Shown: positions 1 to 14,244, counted from the first letter of the stretch. The stretch is 64,000 bases of DNA from Balanoglossus misakiensis (GCA_040954595.2 CM082594.2:1382247-1446246); one strand, 5' to 3'. The notes: generated by a model not told the origin, from the sequence alone. Made by a program: numbers and translations.

Positions 1-142
1 TACAAAAGAATCTTGTAAATATGCGTGACAACTGATATGTGCCAACCTCAAACTACCAGACCATAATTATTTGTACATCTCCTTTGCAACTACAGACTAC
101 TTTTGAACTGTCAGCAGAAATTCTGATCCTCAAAGAATTTCG

Positions 143-338
143 TACTGTAAAACAGGAAATTTTCGCGAGCTATAAATATTTCGCGAACTATGCGAGAGCC
201 AAAAAACACGAAAATAAACAAGTTGTGTAAAAATGTTTTTCGAAGATAACAATGCAGTGAAAAATGAGAATTTGAAAATTAATCATCGCATAAAAGTTGT
301 CACTTTTGATATCACGAAAAATTTCCTGTTTTACAGTA
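143..338. mobile_element. TA-flanked MITE family (TACTGTAAAA...TTTTACAGTA), Tc1/mariner-like
   Basis: Other copies near 5381-5549, 5591-5800, 7387-7806, 11630-11836, 13165-13358, 16480-16620, 37254-37462, 39510-39708, 40300-40467, 51924-52132, 54920-55115, 59093-59286 and 63541-63645. Confidence 0.8.
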
Positions 339-648
339 TTTCATAATTATAAATCAGAAACAAAACTGGGTCAAGTATTTTAAGAATCTGGCATCTTTCA
401 CACTGATAGTTTGAGCTTAGAGAATAATAATATGCTGTTCTTGGAATTTTCGGGTGTGATAAATGTCGTTTCAAAATTTTACATTTGATTTATACTAATA
501 TAAAATTTGTTTTATACATGTACATTGGATACTCACTGTTGGTGAAGTAATTTTATCATCAATGAAATTTCTTCAACTTGAAGAGCTGAAGCTTTATGAC
601 CATTCATCTCACAAATAAACCCTTTCTTTTTATTTTGATGATGTTCAG

Positions 649-1530
649 GAACATGTGGTGGTTTGGAAACTGGTGTCTCAGGGACCTTTCACAGCACTGG
701 ATACCCAGATGATAATTATTACATTCTACAAGAATGTATTTGGACAATCCAGGGACCTGCAACATCCAGAATAAATTTTGAGGTACAGTAAAACTTGTCT
801 AATCTGGAAACCTGCCTATACAGAACACCTTTTCCCATCCATTCGTCGTACAAACACAATTTTAAAGGAACCTCTATGAAATAAACTGGACACCTGTATT
901 AAAAAGTTTCTTCCTTATAACAAACTATCTATAACTTCAGGCTAGTTTATCAGTATTTTTGTTTTGTGTATAAAACACATTTCCTGTCCTTATGAGTAAC
1001 CCATCACACCCCTGCAGCTCTCTGCTTGTCAACAAGTCATGTGTATGTACTGACCATTGTTATTATTTACAAATGTTTTCAAACAACAACAATGCCGATT
1101 GTGCACTCATAGATTTCAATGAGAAGATTAAGACTATGGATTTAACTCTGCCCTGGGGAGCTGAACAAGAAACTATGGTTGATACACAGAATAGAAATAC
1201 TGAAAAATGCAAGAAGTTACAGCTAATGGGGCTTAAGTCATGAATCTGTGTTTATTTCATGTATATTGGCTTGAGACAGCTCACTATGTATGATGTGTGT
1301 TGTAACATTTTGTTTTTATTCTTTTCAGTTTCCGTATTTTGACAGTGAACTTTATCATGATACTGTTGTCATTGTCGATGGGTCTGTGTTTGACCAATCC
1401 AAAGTTCTTGCAACATATAGTGGACCGGACCAGCCTGATGAAGTTATTAGCAGTGGTAATGCAATGTTGGTGAAATTTCTCTCAGATAGTTCGCATACTG
1501 CTACTGGCTTTGAAGCATCTTGGCAAGCAG
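649..1530 (+). CDS. CUB domain, exons 649-782 and 1329-1530
   Basis: TCGGLETGVSGTFHSTGYPDDNYYILQECIWTI...VKFLSDSSHTATGFEASW; splice phases 1-0-1. Confidence 0.9.
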
Positions 1531-1757
1531 GTAATACTAAGTTTTGTACATGTACATACTTTAAAACGAGAAATTAATGCTCTGTGTTTACCTTAGGCAA
1601 ATACTGTCTCTGAAACGTTTCAAATTTTACCCTGTGTGAACCAGGTATAACATTATAGATTGCACGTGTAGGCAATATTGGCCCTACCTTGACTGTGATC
1701 TTGCTGATGTTCTGTTTGTGAGGTGTGTATGTTAAGATGACTTTTTCTTTCTTCCAG

Positions 1758-2915
1758 TATATTCTTTGTGTGGTGGGAATTTCATAGCACAGTCATATAA
1801 ACAGAATCTCAGCAGTACAGAATATTTTGAAGGCAAGAATTATCTCAACAATGAAGATTGTAACTGGCAGCTAGCATCATTCACAACACAATTTGTTGTC
1901 ACCTTACAGGTAAATAGGAGACTACATGTAGATGAACTCATTTTTTTACTCTTTTTAACAATTCATTTCATGTTATTAGTGGATTCAGATGCAATTAATC
2001 GTGTGAGTTGTTTGACAGCATGACAAAAATTAGTAATTGTATTTTTAAAAATACATTTTATTTTTGTCATTTCTGGTCAATTCTCAGTAGCCACTTTTCT
2101 GATTTCTTAAAATTTGGTTTACAAGGACCTACAAGTATTTTTATTATGGTGTACATAAACATGTGTCAAATATCAATACTGGGGAGGAGGGGGGTGGGTA
2201 GTTTTAGACATTTTTGGTCCAAAAGTCCACTTATGTCAGAAACTGCTCTTCCAGTTGTTTTGGATGTTGGTTTATTGGGATGTGAAAATATTCTTCATCA
2301 GATTTATTCTTATATTACCTCATCAATGCTAAAGGTGCCCTTATAGGGACAAAGTCTCTCTCTCTCGCTGCCCTTTTCCCGTTTATTATGATTGATACAA
2401 GACACTGTTTATGTTGTTCTACATGAGGATATATAGTGAATCAACATTCGACCATTTTTAGGATATGAGAGTAAAAATCTCGCCCAAAATGAAGCGGGAT
2501 GGAATGTTGATTCACTATATATCCACATGTAGAATAACATAAACGATAATCAAACGATAATTAATGGAAAAGGGGCAGCGAGAGAGAGACTTTGCCCCTT
2601 AATGGTTTTGCGTAGGAAATTGTGATCACTATGATTGTACGGTATGTCACATTTAAATGTACATATCAAATGGGAGCACAGTGTCTTTGATGCTATTTTT
2701 TATATCTTTTCAGTTTATCTCCTTTGCAACAGAAGATGGGGCTGATCAAGTGTCTGTATACGATGGCGCTGAACTGAATCCCGTCCTCCGACTTGCTTTA
2801 TTTTCTGGGATGGAGTTACCCAATGTCATCATATCTTCCAAAAGTGTGATGAGAGTTGACTTTAAGAGTTATGATGCAGTTACAATGAGAGGTTTTCATG
2901 CACATTACTGGGCAG
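1758..2915 (+). CDS. CUB domain, exons 1758-1909 and 2714-2915
   Basis: CGGNF...NYLNNEDCNWQL / FISFATEDGADQVSVYDG...RGFHAHYWA; canonical splice sites. Confidence 0.9.
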
Positions 2916-3000
2916 GTAGGTAACGCATTCAAATTGATCAAGATATTGTTTGAATGAAGAGGCAATCAAGGATTCATGATACAAGAGAACAATGTTTTAT

Positions 3001-3350
3001 AGGGACAAAGTCTCTCTCTCTCTACCCTTTTTCCAGGAATTATGATGATACAATACAGCATTTATGTTATTCTACATGTGGATATATAGTGAATGAACAT
3101 TCAACCACACACAACTTCCATCCCACTTGTAGACATAAGAGTGAAAAAACTCGCCAAAATGAAAAATCGGTCTCTACCGTTTATTCATTTTGGCAAGATT
3201 TTTACTCTCATATCCTACAAACGGGATGGAAGTTGTGCGTGGTTGAATGTTCATTCACTATATATCCACATGTAGAATAACATAAACAGTGTCTTGTATC
3301 AAACATAGTTAATGGAAAAAGGGCAGCGAGAGAGAGAAACTTTGTCCCTT
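3001..3350. mobile_element. Palindromic TTAA-flanked MITE family (AGGGACAAAG...CTTTGTCCCT), Kolobok-like
   Basis: Long TIRs. Copies near 2345-2598, 3485-4399, 4899-5258, 6905-7264, 10930-11258, 15440-15558 and 46144-46450. Confidence 0.8.
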
Positions 3351-3764
3351 TAAATCACTTAAAATCCTTCCCAAAGAATTTCAACCCAGTGGGAATTGTA
3401 AGGATCACAAATATATCTTCCTTTGCCATTCTTTCTGAAGGTTTATAAGCTAATCTGATACTGGGTCATTATGGAACTTTTTAAAGGGACAAAGTCTCTC
3501 TCTCGCTGCATTTTTTTCCATTAATTATATTTGATACAAGACACCGTTTGTTATTCTACATGTGGATATATAGTGAATGAACGTTCAACCACACACAACT
3601 TCCATCCCTCTTATAGACAGGAGAGTGAAAAAACTCGCCAAAATGAATAATCGTTCTTTACCATTTATTCATTTTGGGCGAGTTTTTACTCTCATATCAT
3701 ACAAGTGGGATGGAAGTTTTGTGTGGTTGATCATTGATTAACTATATATCCACATTTACATTAA

Positions 3765-4347
3765 AGCCTCAGTATTTCTCGTAGGGGCAAAATTTTGTTT
3801 GAAACGGCATCTATAATTTCTAAAAGTAGATGATAATTGATACTGAATCGAACAGTCATCATCCCCAGCTCTGCTAATAAACTCATACAATTTACAATAT
3901 AACGAGTGAAGAATGACTTTCTGTCCGGACAGAAAGTCAGGCTCTGTTGACACACGTGACTACTGCGCATGCGCACTCAAATGTGAATCTATGCGGAAGA
4001 GGTTTGGTCGCCCCAAATCAAGCGACTCAGCGAAGAAATGCGCACTAATTCGGCGAAATTTTGGGAAGATAACTTTATGGGAGAAATCAGTCGATGGAAC
4101 CAGATCAAATCCGAAAATGGTCTGACCATCAAATGTCAAAGTGGCACGTTTGCTGATCGACATGTACAACATTTCCGTTGTAAACAAACCCGCGCATCAT
4201 TTCAAGTGTTACGGGCAATATTTACAGCTTGCACGTAGCCCAAACCTTTCTTCTATCTTCATTATGTAGTATTCCATGATGAATGTACGGGAAAAACGGG
4301 CATTTTTCGATGATGAAAAATGGATACACACGAGAAATACTGGGGCT
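3765..4347. mobile_element. Non-autonomous TIR element with TTAA TSD nested in a MITE (Kolobok-like)
   Basis: TTAA-AGCCTCAGTATTTCTCGT...ACGAGAAATACTGGGGCT-TTAA. Confidence 0.8.
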
Positions 4348-4676
4348 TTAACATAACCAGTGTCTTGTATCAAACATAATTAATGGAAAAGGGGCAGCTG
4401 GAGAGAGACTTTGTCCCTTTAACAGAAAAAATAACAAAATGTGAAAAAAGTTAAATGAGTTTAATTTGCTAACTACATGTATAACGACAGAAATGTTTGA
4501 CCTAAGGAAGTCATAAAATACAGTTAACAGTCATTTCTTCTATCGCTTACGACTTTTTATCCAGAAGGCAATTATTATGTGATTTGATCCCCTAGCACGA
4601 AATAAAAGGCAGCCAGGATTACACCAAACCAGTGTATTGAATTAATTATTTCTTGTTTGGTATTTTTTCTTCAAAG

Positions 4677-6021
4677 GTTGCCAGGGAATTGAAATTCTGC
4701 GTAGTTTTGGTACGATTCAGTCACCAGGCTATGATGTTAGCACTTACCCTGATGATGTTATGTGTAGCTGGGTAATCAAGGAACCCACTGGAAGACCATT
4801 AACTCTTATCTTTGATGACAACTTTGGATTAGAGAGGAACACAGATGTTGATTACATCATTGTAAGTATCAGATATGATCAGGAGTCAGCCATGTTAAAG
4901 GGACAAAGTCTCTCTCCCGCTGCCCTTTTTCCATTAATTATGTTGATACAAGACACCGTTTGTGTTATTCTACATGTGGATATGTAGTGAATGAACGTTC
5001 AACCACATACAACTTCCATCCCACTTGTAGACACAAGAGTGAAAAACTCGCCAAAATGAATAATCGGTGATTACTGTTTATTCATTTTGGGCGAGTTTTT
5101 ACTCTCATACCCTACAAATGGGATGGAAGTTGTTTGTGGTCGAAGGTTGATTACAAATGTATCTATATAACCACAGGTAGAATAACATAAACAGTGTCTT
5201 GTATCAAACATAATTAATGGAAAAAGGGCAGAGAGAGAGAGAGAGAGACTTTGAACCTTTAATGCTGACAAAATTTTGTCATATTATTTTGCAGTGATTT
5301 TAGTTTGACAATTTTGGCAGACATTACTTCAAACTATACAACTTTGGAACACAATTTTGAAATTCAATTAAACACATATATACTGTAAAACGGTAAACTT
5401 TTGCAACATGAAATGTTTGCGTTCTTGTATTTCACTGCATCATTATCCCTGAAAAACATTTTTATGCGACTTTTTATTTTTTACGTTTTGATGGCTCTCG
5501 CATAGTTCACGAAAATTTATCATTTGCGAAAATTTCCCGTTTTACAGTATTTGAGTAGCTGTTACAGCAGGAAATGCAACAAGGATTGAATACTGTAAAA
5601 CGGGACATTTTCGTGAATGATAATTTTTCCCAAACTACGCGAGAGCCAATAAACATGAAAATAAAAAGTCGCATAAAATGTTTTTTTCGGAGATAACTAT
5701 GCAGTAAAATATGACAATGTGAAAATTAATTGTCGTGTAACAGTAGCCACCTTTGATATCGCGAAAATTTCCTGTTGTGAAGATTTCCCGTTTTACGGTA
5801 TTTACAATGCATGCTTAATTTGTCTTTGTTTCTGAAGGTATACAATGGTACTGAGAGTGATGATGATGTCATTATTGGTCCATGGAGTGGCAATTCTGAT
5901 GAAGTCATTGATGGCACATTGCCACCACCCGATTGCCGTACAGACATTGGACACTTTTCGGTTGTGTTCAGGAGTAGTAGAACACGGCCAGCTAAAGGAT
6001 TCAGGGCGTCATTTTCACCAG
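4677..6021 (+). CDS. CUB domain, exons 4677-4861 and 5838-6021 (copy 1)
   Basis: GCQGIEILRSFGTIQSPGY...MCSWVI / VYNG...KGFRASFS. Confidence 0.9.
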
Positions 6022-6682
6022 GTATACATAACTTACTAACATTTCAGAAAAGGATGTTACAGAATTCTTAGAAACACGCACTCCCTTTATTCCTTATGAT
6101 TTAGAGTCATTAAGTGAAAGGTGGAAAGATTTTTGAATATGCTTCGTTCATTCTAAGAATGATCGACATGTACAACATTTCCGTTGTAAACAAACCCGCG
6201 CATCATTTCAAGTGTTACGGGCAATATTTACAGCTTGCACGTAGCCCAAACCTTTCTTCTATCTTCATTATGTAGTATTCCATGATGAATGTACGGGAAA
6301 AACAGGCATTTTTCGATGATGAAAAATGGATACACACGAGAAATACTGGGGCTTTAACATAACCAGTGTCTTGTATCAAACATAATTAATGGAAAAGGGG
6401 CAGCTGGAGAGAGACTTTGTCCCTTTAACAGAAAAAATAACAAAATGTGAAAAAAGTTAAATGAGTTTAATTTGCTAACTACATGTATAACGACAGAAAT
6501 GTTTGACCTAAGGAAGTCATAAAATACAGTTAACAGTCATTTCTTCTATCGCTTACGACTTTTTATCCAGAAGGCAATTATTATGTGATTTGATCCCCTA
6601 GCACGAAATAAAAGGCAGCCAGGATTACACCAAACCAGTGTATTGAATTAATTATTTCTTGTTTGGTATTTTTTCTTCAAAG

Positions 6683-8027
6683 GTTGCCAGGGAATTGAAA
6701 TTCTGCGTAGTTTTGGTACGATTCAGTCACCAGGCTATGATGTTAGCACTTACCCTGATGATGTTATGTGTAGCTGGGTAATCAAGGAACCCACTGGAAG
6801 ACCATTAACTCTTATCTTTGATGACAACTTTGGATTAGAGAGGAACACAGATGTTGATTACATCATTGTAAGTATCAGATATGATCAGGAGTCAGCCATG
6901 TTAAAGGGACAAAGTCTCTCTCCCGCTGCCCTTTTTCCATTAATTATGTTGATACAAGACACCGTTTGTGTTATTCTACATGTGGATATGTAGTGAATGA
7001 ACGTTCAACCACATACAACTTCCATCCCACTTGTAGACACAAGAGTGAAAAACTCGCCAAAATGAATAATCGGTGATTACTGTTTATTCATTTTGGGCGA
7101 GTTTTTACTCTCATACCCTACAAATGGGATGGAAGTTGTTTGTGGTCGAAGGTTGATTACAAATGTATCTATATAACCACAGGTAGAATAACATAAACAG
7201 TGTCTTGTATCAAACATAATTAATGGAAAAAGGGCAGAGAGAGAGAGAGAGAGACTTTGAACCTTTAATGCTGACAAAATTTTGTCATATTATTTTGCAG
7301 TGATTTTAGTTTGACAATTTTGGCAGACATTACTTCAAACTATACAACTTTGGAACACAATTTTGAAATTCAATTAAACACATATATACTGTAAAACGGT
7401 AAACTTTTGCAACATGAAATGTTTGCGTTCTTGTATTTCACTGCATCATTATCCCTGAAAAACATTTTTATGCGACTTTTTATTTTTTACGTTTTGATGG
7501 CTCTCGCATAGTTCACGAAAATTTATCATTTGCGAAAATTTCCCGTTTTACAGTATTTGAGTAGCTGTTACAGCAGGAAATGCAACAAGGATTGAATACT
7601 GTAAAACGGGACATTTTCGTGAATGATAATTTTTCCCAAACTACGCGAGAGCCAATAAACATGAAAATAAAAAGTCGCATAAAATGTTTTTTTCGGAGAT
7701 AACTATGCAGTAAAATATGACAATGTGAAAATTAATTGTCGTGTAACAGTAGCCACCTTTGATATCGCGAAAATTTCCTGTTGTGAAGATTTCCCGTTTT
7801 ACGGTATTTACAATGCATGCTTAATTTGTCTTTGTTTCTGAAGGTATACAATGGTACTGAGAGTGATGATGATGTCATTATTGGTCCATGGAGTGGCAAT
7901 TCTGATGAAGTCATTGATGGCACATTGCCACCACCCGATTGCCGTACAGACATTGGACACTTTTCGGTTGTGTTCAGGAGTAGTAGAACACGGCCAGCTA
8001 AAGGATTCAGGGCGTCATTTTCACCAG
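6683..8027 (+). CDS. CUB domain, exons 6683-6867 and 7844-8027 (duplicate copy)
   Basis: Same sequence as 4677-6021 shifted by 2006 bp. Confidence 0.85.
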
Positions 8028-8205
8028 GTATACATAACTTACTAACATTTCAGAAAAGGATGTTACAGAATTCTTAGAAACACGCACTCCCTTTATTCCT
8101 TATGATTTAGAGTCATTAAGTGAAAGGTGGAAAGATTTTTGAATATGCTTCGTTCATTCTAAGAATGATCTAATTTCAGGGACTTGTGGATGAATTGTAA
8201 TGTTT

Positions 8206-8340
8206 ATAATCTTTACGGCCCTGATACGGGTTTTGTGGCCCGAGGTCGTACGGCGGAAGCGCCCGACCGCAGGGAGGGCGGGAATCGTCGTACGACCGAT
8301 GGCCGCAAAACCCGTATCAGGGCCGTAAAGGTTTTATCAT
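8206..8340. mobile_element. Terminal hairpin of a Crypton-like non-autonomous element (the body probably extends to ~9300)
   Basis: CTTTACGGCCCTGATACGGGTTTTG...CAAAACCCGTATCAGGGCCGTAAAG inverted repeat followed by CpG-rich sequence. Similar hairpin elements at ~18549-18675, 49867-50012, 50083-50205 and 53675-53795. Confidence 0.55.
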
Positions 8341-10118
8341 ATGCCTTATTGAACGATAATCTACAAGAAACTAATAAAATACACATTCTGTAATATTTTG
8401 GAATGTAAATATTATGTGTTTATCTATCGTTTTGGAATGATCTATACCGTAGCATAGAGGCGCATTCCTCCAGTTCTTGCGGATTGATATGCACGATATC
8501 ATTTGTTTATATTCTATTGCACGTGAGATATAGACGCGCTCGAACTCACAGAGCCGAGCGCGAGCAAAACATTTTTTCTTCGCGACGATCGACGTCGACA
8601 GTCACACATTAATCAAATCAAATCATCAATTTTACTATTCATATTTCCAAATAAAGCTCTACAACATGCAGCGATTACGGAAGATGATGGGATTCGGTAG
8701 CGGCATAGGACATACACACACTGCAAGTGCACTAGTCACTGACACCGCACCAGAAAAATTTAATTCCGAACGTAGCAATGACAATTTTCGAATCTCGCGC
8801 AATAAACACAAAACTAGATCCGGATATTGAACGCGTCTTCCAAATATGGTCACCGGGCCGGGGCGTGATAAGCAAAAAAACTGCACGGATGTGAGGGCGC
8901 TTTTCCCCATAGACTTTACGTGGGCACGTGAATATAGGCATATGATAATCAGTGTTTCCGCTACCCGCTCGCCAAATCGCAAATGCGAGTAAAAAATTGT
9001 GTTTGCCAAGACGATTTTCATACAAATTAGCCAAACTTGCGAAGCACTGCTATCTAACATCGTCGTTTCTTGTGCCATGATCAGCGCGAGTTCACTGCAC
9101 TACAACGCGTGAAAGTGGACCGTTGTTCTGTTCATTGATCATCACCCCCTGTATATCATGAACATCGTAAGGCAATGCATTGAATTCAGCTCTTCCAGCT
9201 AGTGGTCGCACTCGCTTGATTTCCTGTGTGTGTCTCTGGGAACGCAAAGAATGCATGTGCGTCTTTTCCTAATTTGCATATTTTGAATGGGTTATGCTTA
9301 CAAATTGATACATTTTAGGTCTGCCTTGACTGGAACGCGTCCAGTGTACAGGTTGTTATGGAAGTTTCTCTGTTTAGAAACGCTAGTGTAGTGGCTTGCC
9401 CGTCAAAAGCTGGCCGTGCATAGTGGAGTACGTAATTTTTTGGCTGCCCAAACGTGCAAGTTAGGTTGACAATTTACATGCCCTGCATCAATATTTTTTT
9501 TAAAGTTTTTTTTTTTATATTGTTTTATTGAAAATCAACCAGCAACAGTATCCACAATATCTCTTGTCTCAATTATGAGCGTATATATCAAGTTCATCTC
9601 TCAATATAAAGAGAAGGAAAAAAATAAATACACTTCAATATTCACTATCAAACTCAGACATTCTCTATTTGCCTGTTGGGTCAATTTTCAAAAAAACAAA
9701 ACAAACAAAAACATGAAGACGAACAAGGACCAACAGCAGGCAAACACCCTAAGTCTCCTTACAAAATACTTGTGAACTTGTCATCAAGAACCACCAACAT
9801 AAGTTAAACATACAGTGCATCAATATTTAGTTGCCCAAGGCAATCAGTCAAAGCTTAATTTGAAGCCCTGATTCTGTTCATTTTGTGACACCCCCCCCCC
9901 CTCCGAATCAGCTGTTGCGGCAGCATTGGTTTGGCTAATGCAAAGTCAAGTTTGGCTAGTAAATTTTCATGTCTTTTAGCCAAATTGCTAGAAGATTTTG
10001 AAACCCAGAGGAAACACTGGATAATAAACATACAAATGCGGCACGACGACCCCTCACATTTATGAGTCAAAGTATTTGTCTGCATGCATTCTTATCATTG
10101 TGATCCTTGTTCTGACAG

Positions 10119-12633
10119 ACTGTCCCGAAATTGTGATTGGTGAGGGCGTGGTGACCAGTACAGATGATAGAAGCTATGATGTCACTGTCTCATTCCAATG
10201 CTTGGATGGTTATCAGAAAGTGTCTGGTACTGTCTCTTCTCTCACTTGTCTCTTTGGTGGAAACTGGAATGAAGAGGATCCTCTCAAGTTACCAGCATGT
10301 CAAAGTAAGGCAATAGTGCACTATTCTTCGATATCAAATAACGTCAGACGCAGTTCCGTTGGCATTCAAATTTCCAGATGACGGGCAACATCAACAACTT
10401 GGTGCAGACAAAGACAGTGCAGATGAAACACCATGAGGCTGATGAGGCACCATACCTGACACATGTTACGTGTCTGGTAGTTCTAAAGTAAAAACATACT
10501 CGGAAAAACTTTTACTGGATGCCGAAATATTGTTTGCCCGTCATCTGGAAATGACAACACCGTGGGTCACATGGCCAGATCACGTGATTGATAGTAAAGA
10601 ATTGGTAGGACCGAATCCAGTAGAAGGGGTCCAGCTAATTTCTACATAATTTGGTAGCTTTGAGGTCACTCTTTCAGAAGAAAAAAAAAACATTTTTAGA
10701 AACCCATTGCCTGTTGATTTCCAGTGCGTAAACAAGCCTACATTTCCTGTTCCACAGTTCAGTCAAGTTTAGGAGAAAACTAAAGTCGTCTCAATGTGAA
10801 CTGTAACTCATGTAGGAATTAATGACTTCTCGTACAGGTGTCATGTTGTGTGTAGCTGTAAAATTTCTGTGATGGGAATTATTAATGTGAAGATATGATT
10901 CAATCTAACTTATATTTTATGAACATTTAAAGGGACAAAGTCTCACTCACTGCCCTTTTCCATGAATTATGTTTGATACAAGACACTGTTTATGTTATTC
11001 TACATGTGGGTATACATTTATAGTGAATCAACGTTCGACCACACACAACTTCCATACTGTTGAGTAATGAGAGTAAAAATCTCGCCAAAATGAGTAAATG
11101 GTAGAGACCGATTATTCATTTTGGCGAGTTTTTCACTCTTGTGTCTATAAATGGGATGGAATTTGTGTGTGGTTGAATGTTGTTTCACTATACCATGGTG
11201 TCTTGTATCAAAGATGATTAATGAAAAAGGGGCAGCGAGATAGACTTAATTTGTCCCTTGAATCTATTGTTAGTAACAACTTGAATGACACTAATTTGTT
11301 GTTTATTTTTTAGGAATAACATGTGGTGGACCCGCTGAGTGCAGCAGTGGAATTCTTACCAATGTTACCAGTACAGTGTATGGTGGAATTGCTTATTATC
11401 AATGCATTGAGGGCCATCAGTTTATAAATAATGTGACTTCATTGGAATGCCAAGCAGATGGTGTCTGGGGTCCGCTTGTGCCCCAATGCGAGCGTAAGTT
11501 GATATTTTTGAAAACAATTAAACTGTCATTGTAGTGCACACGTAGGAGACGGATTTTACAGGGTATATTGGCCTACTGTTTGGAGTAGAACAAAACATTG
11601 CATTTGGTACAGAGAACAAAAAATACTCTAAAACAGGTTATTTTCGCAACAGGAAATTTTCGCAATATCGAAAGAGGCAACTGTTATGCGAGGATTAATT
11701 TTCGCGTTTTCATATATCACTAACTGCATTGTTATCTCTGAAAAACATTTTACGCGACTTTTTATTTTCATGTTCTTTGGCTCTCGCGTATTTCGCTGAA
11801 ATGTTTTGCTCGCGAAAAATAGCCCATTTTGCAGTACTTAAAATAAAGCCAATTACAAGTTACTGTAGCTACATGTAATGTCCCTTTAAACTTTTTTCCT
11901 AGTAGTAACACGCTTGTGATGTTATCTGTTCATCTTACCCAAACAGCTCGTGAGTGTCCACCACCGAATGTAGACAACTACTTATCTTATGAAATTGTTA
12001 ATGGTGATTCATTGGTTTTTGGAACAACCATTGCCTACTCATGTCCATCTGGCTACAGTCTGACTGGCTACACTGTCTCTACATGTGGTGAAGATGGATC
12101 TTGGATTGGAGATCCAGGATACTGTCAACGTAAGTCATTTAAGGACATGTACGTTCACTAAAATTGAAAGTATGGTCATTTCTTTTAATTGTTGATTTTT
12201 GGATTCGCCTTTGTATATATAATGAAAATCAGTAATAAAATATACGGGTCACCGTGCTTGTTTTTGAAATACAGAGCCATGAATTCAGTCGATAATAGGA
12301 GTCTATGGTATCTGGACTTTTATAGTGGGAACTTGGGGTGAAAAGGTTAAAGTTGTTTCACAATACAGGTACCTGATACATACCGGTATACCACAACCAA
12401 GTCTGAATCCACATAATCCATAAAGATGTTTTATTTTTTTTTCCTTGCAGGATTAAACTGCAGTGACATACTCATAACAGACCAACATTTACAAGCTGTC
12501 CCAGATAGTGGACCATATTATATGGGCAGCAACATCACATTCTATTGCGATGCTGGCTATGAATTAAATGGTGCTGATTACCTGACTTGTCAATCAGATT
12601 TACAGTGGAATGATGCAATACCATCATGCATTG
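10119..12633 (+). CDS. Four CCP/sushi exons: 10119-10304, 11314-11493, 11947-12129, 12451-12633
   Basis: Each has the C...C..G(Y/H)...C...W...C pattern, phase 1-1, and a length divisible by 3. Confidence 0.9.
10321..10605. mobile_element. MITE; second copy in opposite orientation from ~63775 to the window end
   Basis: Imperfect TIR CTATTCTT..TATCAA; 10460-10600 is the reverse complement of 63775-63920. Confidence 0.65.
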
Positions 12634-13445
12634 GTAAGTTCACATCATGATTGGTCTTCATGTGGTTGTCTGCTTATTAGGCCAAAAAAGGAAATGTTTC
12701 TGGTCAGACCCTTCTTTAAAAACTGGTGGGGGGACGCAAATTTAAAAATAAAAATTTCCCTCAAGGGAGGAAGGCCGTCAGTTTTATAGTTTTTATCAAT
12801 ATAGTCACATGTACACTGTTCATGCAGTCATTGATTACACGCCCCAAAGTGTCCTGTGATTTATATCTAGTTGAAGCAGTTTGAGTTTGCCGTGGCCGCC
12901 ACCACAAACCAGGAAAAAAATGGGGGTGACGCGCTGTTATTCAAGTGACCCGCGCGCTGACCAGAAACATTTCATTTTTTGGCCTGAGTTATTGTAATCA
13001 CTCCAGTAATTCGACTGCTCCATTAGTTTGACCACCCACTAATCTTTGGATAATTAATTATTCTAAAACCTCCAATTGTTCGACCAGTGCGTGACTGCAT
13101 AATTCCCCCACCCCTCACCCCCACCCCCTGAGTTTTAATATCCTCATATAAGTGCCCTTTATCGCTACAGGAAATTTTTGCGACCGGAAATTTTCGCGAT
13201 ATAAAAAGCAGAAACTGTTACGAGACGATTAAGTTTCATGTTCTCGTATTTCACTGCATTGTCATCACTGAAAAACATTTTTAAGCGAATTTTTATTTTC
13301 ACTACGTCTTTTTTGGCTCTCTAGCGTAAAAATTTACTGTTTGCGAAAATTTCCCGTTGGTCTAATACCCAGCTAAACTTGTTGGTCCGAATTTTCCCCT
13401 TGGACCTCTGGGATTTTGATCATATCTTGATGAATAGCATTTCAG

Positions 13446-14215
13446 ATATCAATGAATGTATTACATTGGTGGCACCATGTGGAATCAATCAAGTCTGTGA
13501 AAATAGAGATGGTGACTATCAGTGTGCATGTCTGGTGGGATTTGAACCGGATGTGAATGGAACAGCATGCAAAGGTGAGACATAACCAGTCACATACAAC
13601 ATAACTTCAAGTCACTATTCACATTTAACACATTCCAAACTATCTGGATAAATTTTCAGAATTTCCTTGTAATTTTAAATTTTCTTCAACAGACATAAGT
13701 GTTGCCATCACCTTGACACAACTTTATCATAATTTATCTTTTAAGTTCATTCACAACCTAAAAACAGTCATTTCCTGGAAATGTTCATCTGTTTTCTCTA
13801 AAATATCAGCTGAACTGTTTTGTAGAAGGAAATGTTCAACTAATTATTTCACAGATTTTTTTTCTCCCAAAAATTGCTGAATTTTTCACTGATTTCCCCC
13901 CCCCCCCTAAATTCAGCTGAATTTTACACTGATCAGACACTTTTGGAAAGGTGTGGCACAAATTACTGAACGTACATCCTTAATGCAATTTTTTAATCCA
14001 ACCCATGTTCCTTCTTTACTACTTTGTAGATATAAATGAATGTGCTTCACATTCTTGTGATCAACTTTGTAAAAACACTGCAGGTGGTTTTCAATGTTCC
14101 TGTGAAGAAGGCTATCTCTTATATGCAAATAACGGCACAGGTGGATTCTATCTGCCACCTGGAGAAACTGGTCTCTCAATGTATGATGTCTACACTTTTA
14201 ACCAATCATGTGTTC
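13446..14215 (+). CDS. Two Ca-binding EGF exons: 13446-13574, 14030-14215
   Basis: DINEC...C...C.N..G.(Y/F).C.C..G motifs. Confidence 0.9.
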
Positions 14216-14244
14216 GTAAGTATCATGTTAAACTATAGAGTTAA

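Larger units (their letters stand above)
4154..8170. repeat. Tandem duplication, 2006-bp period
   Basis: TGATC microhomology at 4154-4158, 6160-6164 and 8166-8170; one visible difference (4298 G vs 6304 A). Confidence 0.95.

Noticed and set aside
2954-5271. Short ORFs with recurring CYSTCGYI-like peptides
   Set aside because: Translations of the palindromic MITE family, not genes.
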